Positions 10,176 through 20,708 of a stretch of DNA of 64,000 nucleotides are shown piece by piece (positions within the stretch are counted from its first letter, which is position 1; the number at the start of each line of letters is the position of its first letter). The position numbers and the translations under genes were made by a program. Under the pieces are notes generated by a model that saw only the letters and a program-made list of their open reading frames with translations, made no database searches and was not told the origin of the DNA. Source of the stretch: an uncultured Spirochaetota bacterium (GTDB lineage Bacteria > Spirochaetota > UBA4802 > UBA5550); NCBI GenBank assembly GCA_963827275.1, contig CAWHAA010000005.1, positions 576,001 to 640,000 of the forward strand, given 5' to 3'.

Positions 10176-12002
10176 ATGATACAATTCACGAAAGAACAGA
10201 TAGACCAGCTTGATAAGTATTTTTACCCCCCCAGAAACCTGGTGGACCTTTTTGAAGGCACTGTCGCGAAATGGGGTGACCGGCCCTCGCTCGGCCAGAA
10301 AGACCCGAAAACCAAGCAGTTCGTATTCCTCACCTACCGTCAACTCGCGGAGCGTATCAATCAGATGCGCGGCGCTCTGAAGAAACTCGGCCTTCAGAAG
10401 GGCGAAACCGTGGGCGTCATACTGAGCAATTCAATAGAATGGTTCGTCCTGGAAAACGCGACGCACGGCCTCGGCGGCCGCTTCATCCCCATGTATGAGA
10501 AAGAGCTCCTCAAGAAATGGAGCTACATGATCAAGGACAGCGAGGTCAAGTTCCTGTTCGTAAGAAACCAGGAGATCCTTGACAAGGTAAAAGGCTTCGC
10601 CGCGGACTGCCCGAAGCTTAAAGAGATATTCCTCGTCTACGGCGAGGGGGAGAGGTCCATGCCGGCGCTTGAGAAGATGGGCGCCGCCAACCCGGTCCCC
10701 TCGTACAAGCCGCACTGGAGCGAGGTAGCGGTGATCATCTACACCTCCGGCACGACCGGCGACCCCAAGGGCGTGGTGCTCACCCACGGAAACCTGACCC
10801 ACTGCTCGCAGGCAGGGTACAAAGTATATCCCGATCTGAATGAGACCTCCGTGGGACTCTCCATACTCCCCTGGGCCCACTCGTATGCCATCAGCGGCGA
10901 GCTGCACAACTTCCTCCAGTTCGGCGGCTCGATCGGCATCATGGAATCCCTGGAAACGCTTTCACAAGACATACAAACGGTGCGTCCAACGCACCTGATC
11001 GCCGTGCCCCGGGTATGGAACAAGATCTACAACGGGATACAGATGGCCATGGAGGAGGCGGGAGGCATCAAGAAGAAGCTCTTCGACGCCGCCTGCGCGG
11101 AGGCAAAGAAGTGCCGCGGGAAGAAGAAGAGCCTGAAGCTCGCAATCCTCGACAAACTGGTGTTTGACAAGGTCCGCGCCCGTTTCGGCGGCCGGATCAT
11201 CGGATCGCTTACCGCCAGCGCGGTCATGAACCTCGACATCGCGCTCTTCTTCGATGACATCGGCGTAAAGATATACGACTGTTACGGCCTGTCCGAGACG
11301 TCGCCGGCCATTACCATGAACGCACCCGCGTGGGGGAACAGGATCGGCAGCGTGGGCAAGCCCCTCATGGACTGGCACATAACAATTGACAGGTCCCGCG
11401 TCAACGCCGATTCGCCCGACGGAGAAATACTCGTCTACGGGCCGCAGGTCATGATGGGCTATCTCAACAAGCCGGAAATGACCGCCGCCATCATGCTTCC
11501 CGACACGTGGAACGGATTTCCGGGGATCAGGACCGGCGACCTGGGCCACTTCGACGAGGAAGGGTTCCTCTATGTGACCGGACGCTTCAAGGACGAGTAC
11601 AAGCTTTCGAACGGCAAGTACGTCCACCCGGAATCCATCGAAATTGACATGAAGCTGGTGCCGCACGTGGCCAACGCCTTCGTGTACGGCAGCGGCAAGG
11701 AATACAACGTAGGGATCATCATCCCCGATTTCGAAACGATCAGGAAGGACAGCCGGACCGCCAAATGGGCGGACATGCCGGCTGCCGAACTCATCAAGGA
11801 CCAGGAATTCAAGGATTTTCTGACCAGGGAAATCAATGACCACCTCAAAAAATCATTTGCCGGCTACGAGATCCCGAGAAAGTACATTATAACCGACCAG
11901 GACTTCACCCTTGAGAACGGCATGCTGACCCAGACCCTCAAGGTCGTCCGGGGCGAAGTGGAAAAAAATTACGGGGAGGTCCTGAACCGGCTCTACGACT
12001 GA
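10176..12002 (+). CDS. Long-chain fatty acid-CoA ligase (AMP-forming)
   Basis: IIYTSGTTGDPKGV, YGLSET, RTGDLG, SNGKYVHP. Confidence 0.92.
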   Translation: MIQFTKEQIDQLDKYFYPPRNLVDLFEGTVAKWGDRPSLGQKDPKTKQFVFLTYRQLAERINQMRGALKKLGLQKGETVGVILSNSIEWFVLENATHGLGGRFIPMYEKELLKKWSYMIKDSEVKFLFVRNQEILDKVKGFAADCPKLKEIFLVYGEGERSMPALEKMGAANPVPSYKPHWSEVAVIIYTSGTTGDPKGVVLTHGNLTHCSQAGYKVYPDLNETSVGLSILPWAHSYAISGELHNFLQFGGSIGIMESLETLSQDIQTVRPTHLIAVPRVWNKIYNGIQMAMEEAGGIKKKLFDAACAEAKKCRGKKKSLKLAILDKLVFDKVRARFGGRIIGSLTASAVMNLDIALFFDDIGVKIYDCYGLSETSPAITMNAPAWGNRIGSVGKPLMDWHITIDRSRVNADSPDGEILVYGPQVMMGYLNKPEMTAAIMLPDTWNGFPGIRTGDLGHFDEEGFLYVTGRFKDEYKLSNGKYVHPESIEIDMKLVPHVANAFVYGSGKEYNVGIIIPDFETIRKDSRTAKWADMPAAELIKDQEFKDFLTREINDHLKKSFAGYEIPRKYIITDQDFTLENGMLTQTLKVVRGEVEKNYGEVLNRLYD

Positions 12003-12095
12003 TACAGCAGCTCCCCCGCGCACGGCATGCCGCGCCCTGCCCCCTGAAAGGTGACCTCTTTAATCTCAGCAGGCGCCGGCATGCCCTCTTGACGC

Positions 12096-12755
12096 TCAGT
12101 TGGATTTCGACCACTCGATCGCGTATTTCACGACGTCGGACACGCTTCTTAAATTAAACTTTTCCTTGATGTGGAACCGGTGGGTATCGATGGTTTTAAC
12201 GCTTACCTGCAATTTTTTCGCTATATCGGAGCCTTTATAGCCTTCGCCCATGAGCATGAATATCTCAAGCTCCCTGTCGCTCAGAATATCGAGCGGCCCC
12301 GTCTTGCCGGGCCGGTTATGCAATACATTCATCAATATCTTTGACTTCATGTTTTCGCTCAGGTAAATGCCGCCCGTCATGATTTGCCGGATTGCGGACA
12401 CGAGCGTTTTGGTCGCTTCTGACTTCATTACATAGCCCACCGCACCGGCCCTGATTGCCCGTTCGGAATAGATTTCCTCGTCGCTCTGGGACAGCACCAG
12501 GCACTTGATACCGGGATACCTGGCGTGTATCGCCCTTGTGAGCTCTATTCCGTTTATGCTTTTCCGCAATCCGATGTCGACAATGGCGACATCCGGCTCC
12601 AATTTCTCAAAGCTCGATATGGCTTCACTGGCATCCTCCGCCACACCGCAGACGGACATGTCCTCTTCGCGGTTCAGCAGGGACTCCAGGCCGTCGAGCA
12701 CAATCCTGTGATCGTCGACGATGAATATCTTAATCATTTTCTGCAAGCCAGACAT
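12096..12755 (-). CDS. NarL/LuxR-family response regulator
   Basis: VDDH, REC Asp in IVDIGL, LSDRELEIF-IAKKL-SVKTIDTHR HTH. Confidence 0.95.
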   Translation of the reverse strand: MSGLQKMIKIFIVDDHRIVLDGLESLLNREEDMSVCGVAEDASEAISSFEKLEPDVAIVDIGLRKSINGIELTRAIHARYPGIKCLVLSQSDEEIYSERAIRAGAVGYVMKSEATKTLVSAIRQIMTGGIYLSENMKSKILMNVLHNRPGKTGPLDILSDRELEIFMLMGEGYKGSDIAKKLQVSVKTIDTHRFHIKEKFNLRSVSDVVKYAIEWSKSN

Positions 12756-12795
12756 CCCGTGCCCCCGTCTTTTCAGTATAGTAACGCCCAGCGGC

Positions 12796-15027
12796 TCATG
12801 CAGGTATAACGCACAACACCTCAGTCCCGCCCTCGGACCCTCTCTGCACGCTGATCGATGACCCGATCATCCGCGCGCGGTATTTCATGATCTTCAGCCC
12901 TATGCCCCTGCCGCGGTCCGCCCCGTCCGGGATCCCCACCCCGTCATCCTTGATCAGCAGGTGGATATCATTTCCCGAACGGTGCACCCTGATACGCACG
13001 ATGTTGGCGCCCGAGTGCTTTACGGAATTAATCACGGCCTCCTGCATAATATAGAAAATCTGCGATGAATACTTCCTGTTAACCATGTCAATATCGCAGT
13101 CCACATCAATGCCGAGCGTAACGTTATATCTTCGCTCCATAAGGCTCTTCAATTCATTTAAAAGCGACGCGAATCCGCCGTCTATAAAATCTATCCGCGT
13201 AAGGCTCTTCGCGATATTTCGTATGTACGCGATCGCCTCATTGATCAGTCCCTCTATCTCAAGGGCGGCTTCTTTCTGCCCGCCATTGAGATCGCCCGCC
13301 AGGACGCTGCTCTTCAGCGCTATACCGAACAGCTTTTGCGCCAGGTTGTCATGCAGCTCTATGCCGATCTGGTTTCTTTCATTTTCGGCTATCTTGACCA
13401 GTTCCTGCTCGAACATGATCCGCTCGGTAATATCGATCGAATAGTACACCATGCCGACGCTCCTGCCCGAACCTGCTCCATAGGGATAGAGCGATGTAAT
13501 CATATATCTTCGGCCAATGAGCGGGAATTCCTGCCACTTTTCGAACACCACCCATTCGCCGGAAAGACACGCATCAAGATGCTCCTTTAATGACGCTTCG
13601 TATTCCTCATCGCCGATAATTTCTTTCACCGTCCGGCCGATAACACGTTCCCGTTTTTTGTCGTATGACAGCAGGAGGGCGTTATTGGCCTCTACGAACC
13701 TTCCTCCCGCGTCGATAAACGCCATGTGGTCCCGCGACTCCGATACTATGTACTTGTAAATATTCAGCTTGTCTATGGCGCGGTCTTTTTCATGATTGAT
13801 TTCCACGAGGCTGCTGTTCAGGTTTTCCAGGTCGTTGTGCACCTGCGCGAACCGCGAGGCGAGCACGCTTGCGAAGATGAAGGTCATTATGCAGAATCCC
13901 AGGATTAAAAACGGCACCGTCGTAAACAGGCTCAAAAAGATCGGTATGCTCAGCAGAAACGAGGTCGTGTATACCGACACGCCGAGGAGTATCCTTGTGG
14001 AATAAGGCTGCTTTTCTTTCACGGCCCGGATGCACAGGTACATGCAGAACAACACGACAATAACGACGATCGCCATAAAAAGGTTGTAGAGATATTTTTG
14101 ATAATAATAGATGTTTCCCCGCACCGCCATCTCCAGGACGATGGCCGGTATCAGCGCGAGGTGCATGACGGTCAAAGCATATGAGACGCTCCGTTCCTTT
14201 TGGGATATATTGAAAAAATGCGCGATAAAATTGATATATGACAGCGACGCCACTATCGAACCGACATAGGTCGAGATGACATACGACGTCTGGTTGTCGT
14301 GCAGGAAAAAGATTATACCGTCATACCCGACAATCCATAATCCAAGGGAAAGGGCAAGAAGGGAAAAATAGAAATAATATTTTTCATTCTTCCTGTTCAG
14401 GAAGATAATAAGGAAATATATAAACAGGAATATGTCTATTGACGCGAGGACGCTGTTCCTGATGATAAACAGGTTCCATTTAAGCTGTATCGACTCGAAA
14501 TGACCGAATAAAATCGGGTAGCAATACTCGCCGAAATTATTCAGCCACCCTGTTCTGAGCACCAGGCTGTTCTTCCCTTCCATGATCGATGCTTTCGGGA
14601 CCGGGACAAGCGCCGGCTTCCCCAGGATCTCCGGGGTGGCGCCGTTTTTATCAAACGGCCTGGTCTGGTATATCAATTCTCCATTAAAATAGACCTGCGT
14701 GCCCCTGCTCTGCCGCGGCAAAAGTATTGCGAAGTCGTTCGTAGCCCGCGGCATATAGATCGTCAGGCCATACCATGCGTTGCCCCGATACTCCTTATGA
14801 TCCGGATGATCCGGCCAGTTATCGTTGGGGGAGAACAATTTTCCGGCTTTTTCAATATTTCGTATATTTCTATTCTCAAGATTATCGCTGGTGCTGAAAC
14901 ACCATAGCCTGGGCAATTCATACGCGTCATGCTCGGATTGGATTTTAAAGCTGCAATCAGTCGCGAAAGCAGTGTTGAAGCAGAAAATACACGATATGAA
15001 AATAATGACGCTATAAGGTAAAATCAT
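12796..15027 (-). CDS. Sensor histidine kinase (extracellular beta-sandwich, 7TM, PAS, HisKA_3, HATPase)
   Basis: ERNQIGIELHD H-box, EAVINSVKH, DDGVG, GIGLKIM; 7 TM; PAS-like segment. Confidence 0.92.
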   Translation of the reverse strand: MILPYSVIIFISCIFCFNTAFATDCSFKIQSEHDAYELPRLWCFSTSDNLENRNIRNIEKAGKLFSPNDNWPDHPDHKEYRGNAWYGLTIYMPRATNDFAILLPRQSRGTQVYFNGELIYQTRPFDKNGATPEILGKPALVPVPKASIMEGKNSLVLRTGWLNNFGEYCYPILFGHFESIQLKWNLFIIRNSVLASIDIFLFIYFLIIFLNRKNEKYYFYFSLLALSLGLWIVGYDGIIFFLHDNQTSYVISTYVGSIVASLSYINFIAHFFNISQKERSVSYALTVMHLALIPAIVLEMAVRGNIYYYQKYLYNLFMAIVVIVVLFCMYLCIRAVKEKQPYSTRILLGVSVYTTSFLLSIPIFLSLFTTVPFLILGFCIMTFIFASVLASRFAQVHNDLENLNSSLVEINHEKDRAIDKLNIYKYIVSESRDHMAFIDAGGRFVEANNALLLSYDKKRERVIGRTVKEIIGDEEYEASLKEHLDACLSGEWVVFEKWQEFPLIGRRYMITSLYPYGAGSGRSVGMVYYSIDITERIMFEQELVKIAENERNQIGIELHDNLAQKLFGIALKSSVLAGDLNGGQKEAALEIEGLINEAIAYIRNIAKSLTRIDFIDGGFASLLNELKSLMERRYNVTLGIDVDCDIDMVNRKYSSQIFYIMQEAVINSVKHSGANIVRIRVHRSGNDIHLLIKDDGVGIPDGADRGRGIGLKIMKYRARMIGSSISVQRGSEGGTEVLCVIPA

Positions 15028-15181
15028 ATAATTGGCTAACGGGAATGGTTTTACTCATCATTATTGTATCTCGACATATCGGAGATGCCGCATAACAAAA
15101 TTATTACATCTCCCATAAACAATCCTCAACCATGCCCATGCGGGGGAATGAAGCAAAATATGAAGCGGTGTTACTGAAATT

Positions 15182-15231
15182 AAAAAATATGGTTATATAA
15201 TAATCACACGTGGATTATTATATAACCATAT
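15182..15231 (-). terminator. Intrinsic terminator-like hairpin after the small peptide gene
   Basis: Perfect 19-bp stem 15187-15205 / 15213-15231, 7-nt loop, T-run on the minus strand. Confidence 0.75.
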
Positions 15232-15248
15232 ACAGGTTATCATGAATA

Positions 15249-15458
15249 TTAATATCCGGCCATCAGCGTACTCGCGGAAAAGCCCGATTTAGTATTTTTC
15301 ATGATACTGCCGCACTCCGTGCTGCTCACTGAATATCCTTTACCGTGGAACCAGCTTGACAGTTCCGCCTCTGAAAATTGCTGCAGGCCCTGCTTGAACT
15401 CGTGCGCCAGCGCCTTGTTTTGTGACATGGATTCAATGAAATCAATATACGTAGACAT
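15249..15458 (-). CDS. Small 69-aa protein, Nif11-like leader appearance
   Basis: Strong SD AGGAGG 6 nt before ATG, own terminator; pattern DFIESMSQNKALAHEF...ELSSWFHGKGYSVS resembles Nif11 leaders. Confidence 0.65.
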   Translation of the reverse strand: MSTYIDFIESMSQNKALAHEFKQGLQQFSEAELSSWFHGKGYSVSSTECGSIMKNTKSGFSASTLMAGY

Positions 15459-15649
15459 ACAGGTCCTCCTGAATTAATGAATATATCTACATTATACACT
15501 ATAAAAGCAGGCGTGATAATAGGAGAATTCACCTATAGTGATCTAATACTTTTTGGAAGCAATACATCGGTGATTCCACTGCTGGTCACAGGGGAGCTAT
15601 CAGACGAAAGCCGAGGAGTATCTTTTTTTCTGCCCGGGCTGCTGTTGTA

Positions 15650-16705
15650 TCAATACCTGAGCGAAAACATGCCGCACTGGGTTCCCGATGCGGGAATAAC
15701 GCATATGGCCAGGTTCCCTTTCTTGAAATATCCCTTTTCCCTCGCCCGGCACATGGAAAGCGGCAGGCTGACCGATGCTACATTTCCGTATTCCGGATAA
15801 AAATTTGCTTCGGGATACTTGACGGTTATGGATGAATCCTCCAGTATTGACAGCATCAGGGTATGGGCCAGCTTTCCCACGTCATGGAAGAAAAGGTTAT
15901 CGTAGGCAGTAGCATGGGAATTCGCCTGCTTGAAATGATTTTTCACGCACTCCTTTGTCAGGCCGTACACCTCTTTAAAAAGACCCGGGGTATGCGTGAA
16001 AAGCTTATAGCGCTCACCCAGCGAATAATTGAGCCCGATGGTGCAGAGGTGATACCGGCCATCTGACAGCTGGTACGTAAATTTCATATGGCTCGCGTCC
16101 TCCAGGTACATCGCCTCATCGGTCGCCTCAAGCACTATCGCCCCCGCCCCGTCGCCGATGGTCAGCGAACCGAACTTCCACGCAAGCTCGTCCTTTGTTT
16201 TGCAGACCATGTCGGCCCAGTCGAAGGTCCGTTCTCCCGCAACGATCAACACGCGCCGGTAGCGCCCCGAGCCGATCAGGGCATGCGCGATCTCTATCGA
16301 TTTAATGAAGCTGGTGCAGGCGTCCTGGGTATCGATCACGTTCGCGTTCAGCGCCTGCAATTTATGGCGAATCACATGCGCCGTGGCGGGTTCGACGAAG
16401 GCCTTCGACATGCCGGTAAAAATAATCAGGTCGATATCCCCGGCCCGGATCCCCGCATCATCAAGCGCCGCCAGTGCCGCCCTGTACGCGATATCGGGGC
16501 AATACTCATCCTGTTCGCACCAGTACCTGGTGACATTCCCCGCCTTGGCCAGCTTCTCATTGGCGCTCTCCAGGATTTCATCAAGGTCGCTGCTGTTCAG
16601 ATACGGCTCGCTCTTCCGTTTCAGCATCTGCAGGACATCGTCATTAGAAATTTTTCGCTTGGGGATATAGACCCCGAATCCGGTAACTTTTGAACTGACT
16701 GACAT
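15650..16705 (-). CDS. OleA-like / KAS III-fold acyl-CoA condensing enzyme
   Basis: Cys (DACTSF), His (FHDVG), Asn (YGNVAS) triad; EPATA Glu and LTIGDGAGA are OleA-like. Confidence 0.8.
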   Translation of the reverse strand: MSVSSKVTGFGVYIPKRKISNDDVLQMLKRKSEPYLNSSDLDEILESANEKLAKAGNVTRYWCEQDEYCPDIAYRAALAALDDAGIRAGDIDLIIFTGMSKAFVEPATAHVIRHKLQALNANVIDTQDACTSFIKSIEIAHALIGSGRYRRVLIVAGERTFDWADMVCKTKDELAWKFGSLTIGDGAGAIVLEATDEAMYLEDASHMKFTYQLSDGRYHLCTIGLNYSLGERYKLFTHTPGLFKEVYGLTKECVKNHFKQANSHATAYDNLFFHDVGKLAHTLMLSILEDSSITVKYPEANFYPEYGNVASVSLPLSMCRAREKGYFKKGNLAICVIPASGTQCGMFSLRY

Positions 16706-16825
16706 GATACGTTACATCCTCTGTTATATTATTTTTACTGAGACATTACGATTCATTTTCCCGGCCTCTTCCATCACGCCATCACCGTTGAGAGCGTCAG
16801 GGGGCCGTGTTTTCTTGCGCGCATA

Positions 16826-19063
16826 TCAATTCATGTCGATATTAAAGTAATCAATCGCCTCTTTCAGTTTTTCCGCAAGGCTTGAAAGGTTGTTCGCGCT
16901 TGCCGACAGCTCTTCGGTCTCTGAAGCATTCGACTGTGACAGCACATTTATCGTCGTTATCGCCTTGACGATCTCCTCATTCGCGTTCTTTTGCTCCGCT
17001 GAGGCGGTCTTGATCTCCTCGGAGCGTTCCCTTATCTCATGTGCGGCGGAATTCACTTCCGTGTTGGTTTCATTCTGGTTGCTCATGAATTCAGCGATAG
17101 TATGCATCATTTTATCAATTGAATTAACGCCGCTGATGATTTCGCTTATGAGATTGATCGTGGTGGTGACATTGGCCATACCCACTTCCACGTCAGACTT
17201 GTTGTTTTTAATCAATCTATCTATATCCCCGATGCTTTTCGAGGTCATATCCGCCAGCTTCGATATTTCATCGGCGACAACGGCGAACCCCTTCCCGGCG
17301 TTACCCGCACGCGCCGCTTCTATGGCCGCATTCAGGGAGAGGAGGTTTATCTGGTCCGATATGCCGTTGATGATGCCCACCACATTGGTCATGAGATTCG
17401 AGCTGGCGATAATATTATTCATGGTGGCCCGCATGTTCAGGAGCGCCTTCTCTCCCCCCTCCGCGCGCCGGGTAATCTTCGATGTTTGATCCAGCGTCTC
17501 TTTCGCCGTTATATTCATATCATCGATTATACCCGAAAGCCGTTCCATTTTATGAATCAATTCATTCAGGTTCATGTGCTGGTATTGCGCGGCGTTTAAT
17601 ATGCTTTCAATGCCGGCGGCAACCTCTTCCACGGTCGCCGTGATCTCCTCTGAATTCGACGCCTGGTTCTGCGCGTTGCTGGAAAATACTGATGTTGAAT
17701 TCGACATCTCTTCCGAGGAGCTCGCAAGGTCCATGGAGGTGAGCTTGATGCTCCGTATGATGTCGCGCAGGATGATGAGCAGCTTGTCTATATTGTAAAC
17801 GATCTCACCGATTTCGTCATAGGTCGATAACACCAGGTTCCGGGAGATCTCCCCGCCGGCCAGTTTCGCGACCGCTTTCTTTACCTCTGACAGGGGGGCG
17901 ATCCTCTGCGCGATAATGAAGTAGGTCACGGCCCCCATCATGGCAATCCCGGCGAAAAGAAAGACGACCATGAAAATCGTGGTGGTGAAAATCTGCTCTT
18001 CAATTTCAGACTCATAGATGCTTGAAAAAACATACAGCTTGTTTTTCACCGATTTATGGACCGCCAGATACCTCCAGTTTTTCCCGTCATCAAATCGAAC
18101 GTGGTACTCGCTCCCGCTTTCGAGGATGTCCTTCCCGTATCTTTCAAAGAATGACGCGTCAAGGTGAAGCTTCACGCCATTCTGGCTGAGGACAGAGAGC
18201 GTCCCGTCAGCGACGGTAATGGTGCCGGTCCCGCCGACCTCGATATTCTTCAGCACCCGCGCATGGAAGAGGTCCGATTGTATCAGCGAACGCAAATCAA
18301 CGTCCTTCCGCTTGATCTCCTTCAATGATTCGCCGAGAAAATCATCCATCTCCTTAATTGCGATCCTGGTGATGAGATCCATTTTATGCAGGTACGACTC
18401 TTTCAATTGATAGTACGACAGGTTATACACGACCGCGACCATGATAATTCCGAGAAACACCATGATGCTGATAACCGAAACAGACAGGTATCTTCCCATC
18501 CTGCTTTTCGCGTCAAAGGTCCCGCTTGTTATCCTCGAAAAAACACCGTATTTCGCGATACGATTCAGCAGATACTCGGGGACAAGATAAAAAATAATAC
18601 CCGAGGCGATTGTATTGACAAACAAAAGGACAAACATGTTGAATCTATCCGTAAAGGACGGGTGGTATATAACGTTAAGCACCACAATGACAAGGCCCAC
18701 CGTTACAAGCCATCGCACGATCGTATCAATCGCATGCAGCTTCGGCAGCTTTTTATACTGGTCATATGCCGCGGCATATTCTTCATCGCTTATCTTTTCA
18801 TTATTAGCCAGTTTTTTGAAATAGTTCAGGATCGGCCTGGCCTTTTTCCTGGACGAGACCAGGGAAGTGACAAACGACAGCGCCATGACAACTGCCGCTA
18901 TAATGAAAAAAAGGGGAAGATCGTCCTGCTGGAGATTTATGACCAGGAGAACAACGATAATCGCGGCCGGAGTCAGCGCAAAAAACGCAATACCTTCCGT
19001 GAATAAATAATAATTTCTGAAAAAAGAGCGTAAATACCGGACCAGTTTTTCCCCATCATCCAT
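16826..19063 (-). CDS. Methyl-accepting chemotaxis protein (multi-TM, HAMP)
   Basis: [38 protein letters not shown]. Confidence 0.92.
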   Translation of the reverse strand: MDDGEKLVRYLRSFFRNYYLFTEGIAFFALTPAAIIVVLLVINLQQDDLPLFFIIAAVVMALSFVTSLVSSRKKARPILNYFKKLANNEKISDEEYAAAYDQYKKLPKLHAIDTIVRWLVTVGLVIVVLNVIYHPSFTDRFNMFVLLFVNTIASGIIFYLVPEYLLNRIAKYGVFSRITSGTFDAKSRMGRYLSVSVISIMVFLGIIMVAVVYNLSYYQLKESYLHKMDLITRIAIKEMDDFLGESLKEIKRKDVDLRSLIQSDLFHARVLKNIEVGGTGTITVADGTLSVLSQNGVKLHLDASFFERYGKDILESGSEYHVRFDDGKNWRYLAVHKSVKNKLYVFSSIYESEIEEQIFTTTIFMVVFLFAGIAMMGAVTYFIIAQRIAPLSEVKKAVAKLAGGEISRNLVLSTYDEIGEIVYNIDKLLIILRDIIRSIKLTSMDLASSSEEMSNSTSVFSSNAQNQASNSEEITATVEEVAAGIESILNAAQYQHMNLNELIHKMERLSGIIDDMNITAKETLDQTSKITRRAEGGEKALLNMRATMNNIIASSNLMTNVVGIINGISDQINLLSLNAAIEAARAGNAGKGFAVVADEISKLADMTSKSIGDIDRLIKNNKSDVEVGMANVTTTINLISEIISGVNSIDKMMHTIAEFMSNQNETNTEVNSAAHEIRERSEEIKTASAEQKNANEEIVKAITTINVLSQSNASETEELSASANNLSSLAEKLKEAIDYFNIDMN

Positions 19064-19440
19064 TCATATCACCTCTACGGGAAATAGATCAAGGCGACAG
19101 TCACGGCCTGATCGCCTGCCTTCAGCGTCCTTCCAGCCAGCGGTGTTCATCCTGCCGATGCCGCAGCAGATCATCTCGATCGCCATGCACAATGGTCATA
19201 CCTCGTCGCGGGACTGGCTGCTATGGGGTCATCTGCCGGAAAAATCATTTATCACATCCAGGAGCAAAGCCCGTAAAAGACGCTGCACGCAGTCTTCTTT
19301 AAAGCAGGGACGGCGCATCGCCCCGATTTGAACACCTGCTTTATGTTTTATTAATATCATCAAATAAACAAGGAATGTCAATAGGCACAATTACCTATCG
19401 CCCTATAGGAATTTTACTCATACAGACGGTTTTTTCATTT

Positions 19441-19518
19441 ATTATACTGCACGAGCACGCGACACCGCCTGTCCCTGTGTAAATCCCGATTGACAGGCAA
19501 CACGCCCGCGCATATATC
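19441..19518. promoter_or_regulatory. Divergent promoter region with GACA-N5-TGTC inverted repeat
   Basis: TATAAT on minus strand at 19441-19446; GCGACAccgccTGTCCC 19459-19475; TTGACA on plus strand at 19490. Confidence 0.45.
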
Positions 19519-19570
19519 CAGAGTGACGGCAGGTGAGCACCAGCCCCTGCCGCCCATGCGAGGTACCGAC

Positions 19571-20548
19571 ATGGCAAAATTCAAGCCCCAGTTCAGCAGG
19601 CTGCTCTTCATCGATAAAAAACTGAGGGCCGGCGGCTACCCCAACACCACGGCCCTTGCCGGCGAGTACGAGGTGAGCCCGCGTACAATACACCGCGACA
19701 TCGAATACATGCGCGACATGCTGGACGCCCCCATCGCGTACGACGCGGTGAAGCGGGGCTATCACTACACGGAGAAAAATTACGCGCTCCCGGGAATAGA
19801 AATAAGGGAGAGCGACCTGTTCGCGATCTGTATCGCGGAGAAGGCGCTCGAGCAGTACGCCAACACTCCGCTCTACGACAAGCTCTCCTCGGTGTTTGAA
19901 AAGATCCGGTCCTACCTGCCTGACAGCGTTACCGTGCGGCCGGGATGGATTGACAACCGCTTCACCTTCCTGCAAGAAAGCTTCACCGCGATCGACCCGG
20001 GGATATGGGAGACCCTGGCGGAAGGCCTCCGCACCGCCAGGCGGGTGGAGATAGCCCACCAGAAGGCGGGCGAAGAAACGGCCACGCGCCGCTCGGTGAG
20101 CCCCTACCACATGGTCAACTACCGCGGCGAGTGGTACCTCGTGGGGCATTGCAGCGTCAGGGACGCCGTGGTGCGCTTTGCGATGTCGCGCATCAGGAGC
20201 GCCCGCCTGACCGACGAGGCCTTTATCGTTCCCGCGGACTTCGATTTCCGGGAGTACCTGGGGTCCCATTTCGGCATCATGACGGAGGAGATGGATTACG
20301 CGGTAAGAATCAAGTTCTCCCGAAGCCAGGCGCCGTACGTCGAGGAACGCACCTGGCATACCGGCCAGACCCTGACACGGAACACCGACGGCTCGGTCAC
20401 GCTCTCCTTTACGACGAACTCGCTCTTCGAGGTGAAACGATGGGTCCTCTCATGGGGTGCGGACGCCAGGGTGATAGAGCCGGAACCGCTCGCACGGCAG
20501 GTCAGGGAGGAACTGGAGGCCGCGCTGGCACAGTACCATGAATGTTGA
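19571..20548 (+). CDS. HTH-WYL-WCX transcriptional regulator (PafB/C-like)
   Basis: EVSPRTIHRDIEYM HTH, PYHMV-GEWYLVG WYL, RWVLSWG; SD GAGG before ATG 19571. Confidence 0.92.
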   Translation: MAKFKPQFSRLLFIDKKLRAGGYPNTTALAGEYEVSPRTIHRDIEYMRDMLDAPIAYDAVKRGYHYTEKNYALPGIEIRESDLFAICIAEKALEQYANTPLYDKLSSVFEKIRSYLPDSVTVRPGWIDNRFTFLQESFTAIDPGIWETLAEGLRTARRVEIAHQKAGEETATRRSVSPYHMVNYRGEWYLVGHCSVRDAVVRFAMSRIRSARLTDEAFIVPADFDFREYLGSHFGIMTEEMDYAVRIKFSRSQAPYVEERTWHTGQTLTRNTDGSVTLSFTTNSLFEVKRWVLSWGADARVIEPEPLARQVREELEAALAQYHEC

Positions 20549-20708
20549 CGGCGGAATGCCGGCCCCGGAAAATTGATTTGACAGTCCCCGCTGACCGGGC
20601 AATCATACTTCATGACGAACGTCACTGATTTCATCCCCGGAGCGGCCGGCGCCATGGCCTTCCAGCGAGAGTCAGGCCCGTTCAATTCCGGCATGGGAGC
20701 GCCCTGTA

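Noticed and set aside
19064..19440. c-di-GMP riboswitch upstream of the MCP
   Set aside because: I could not find the GCAAAC / GAAA tetraloop-receptor pattern by eye.
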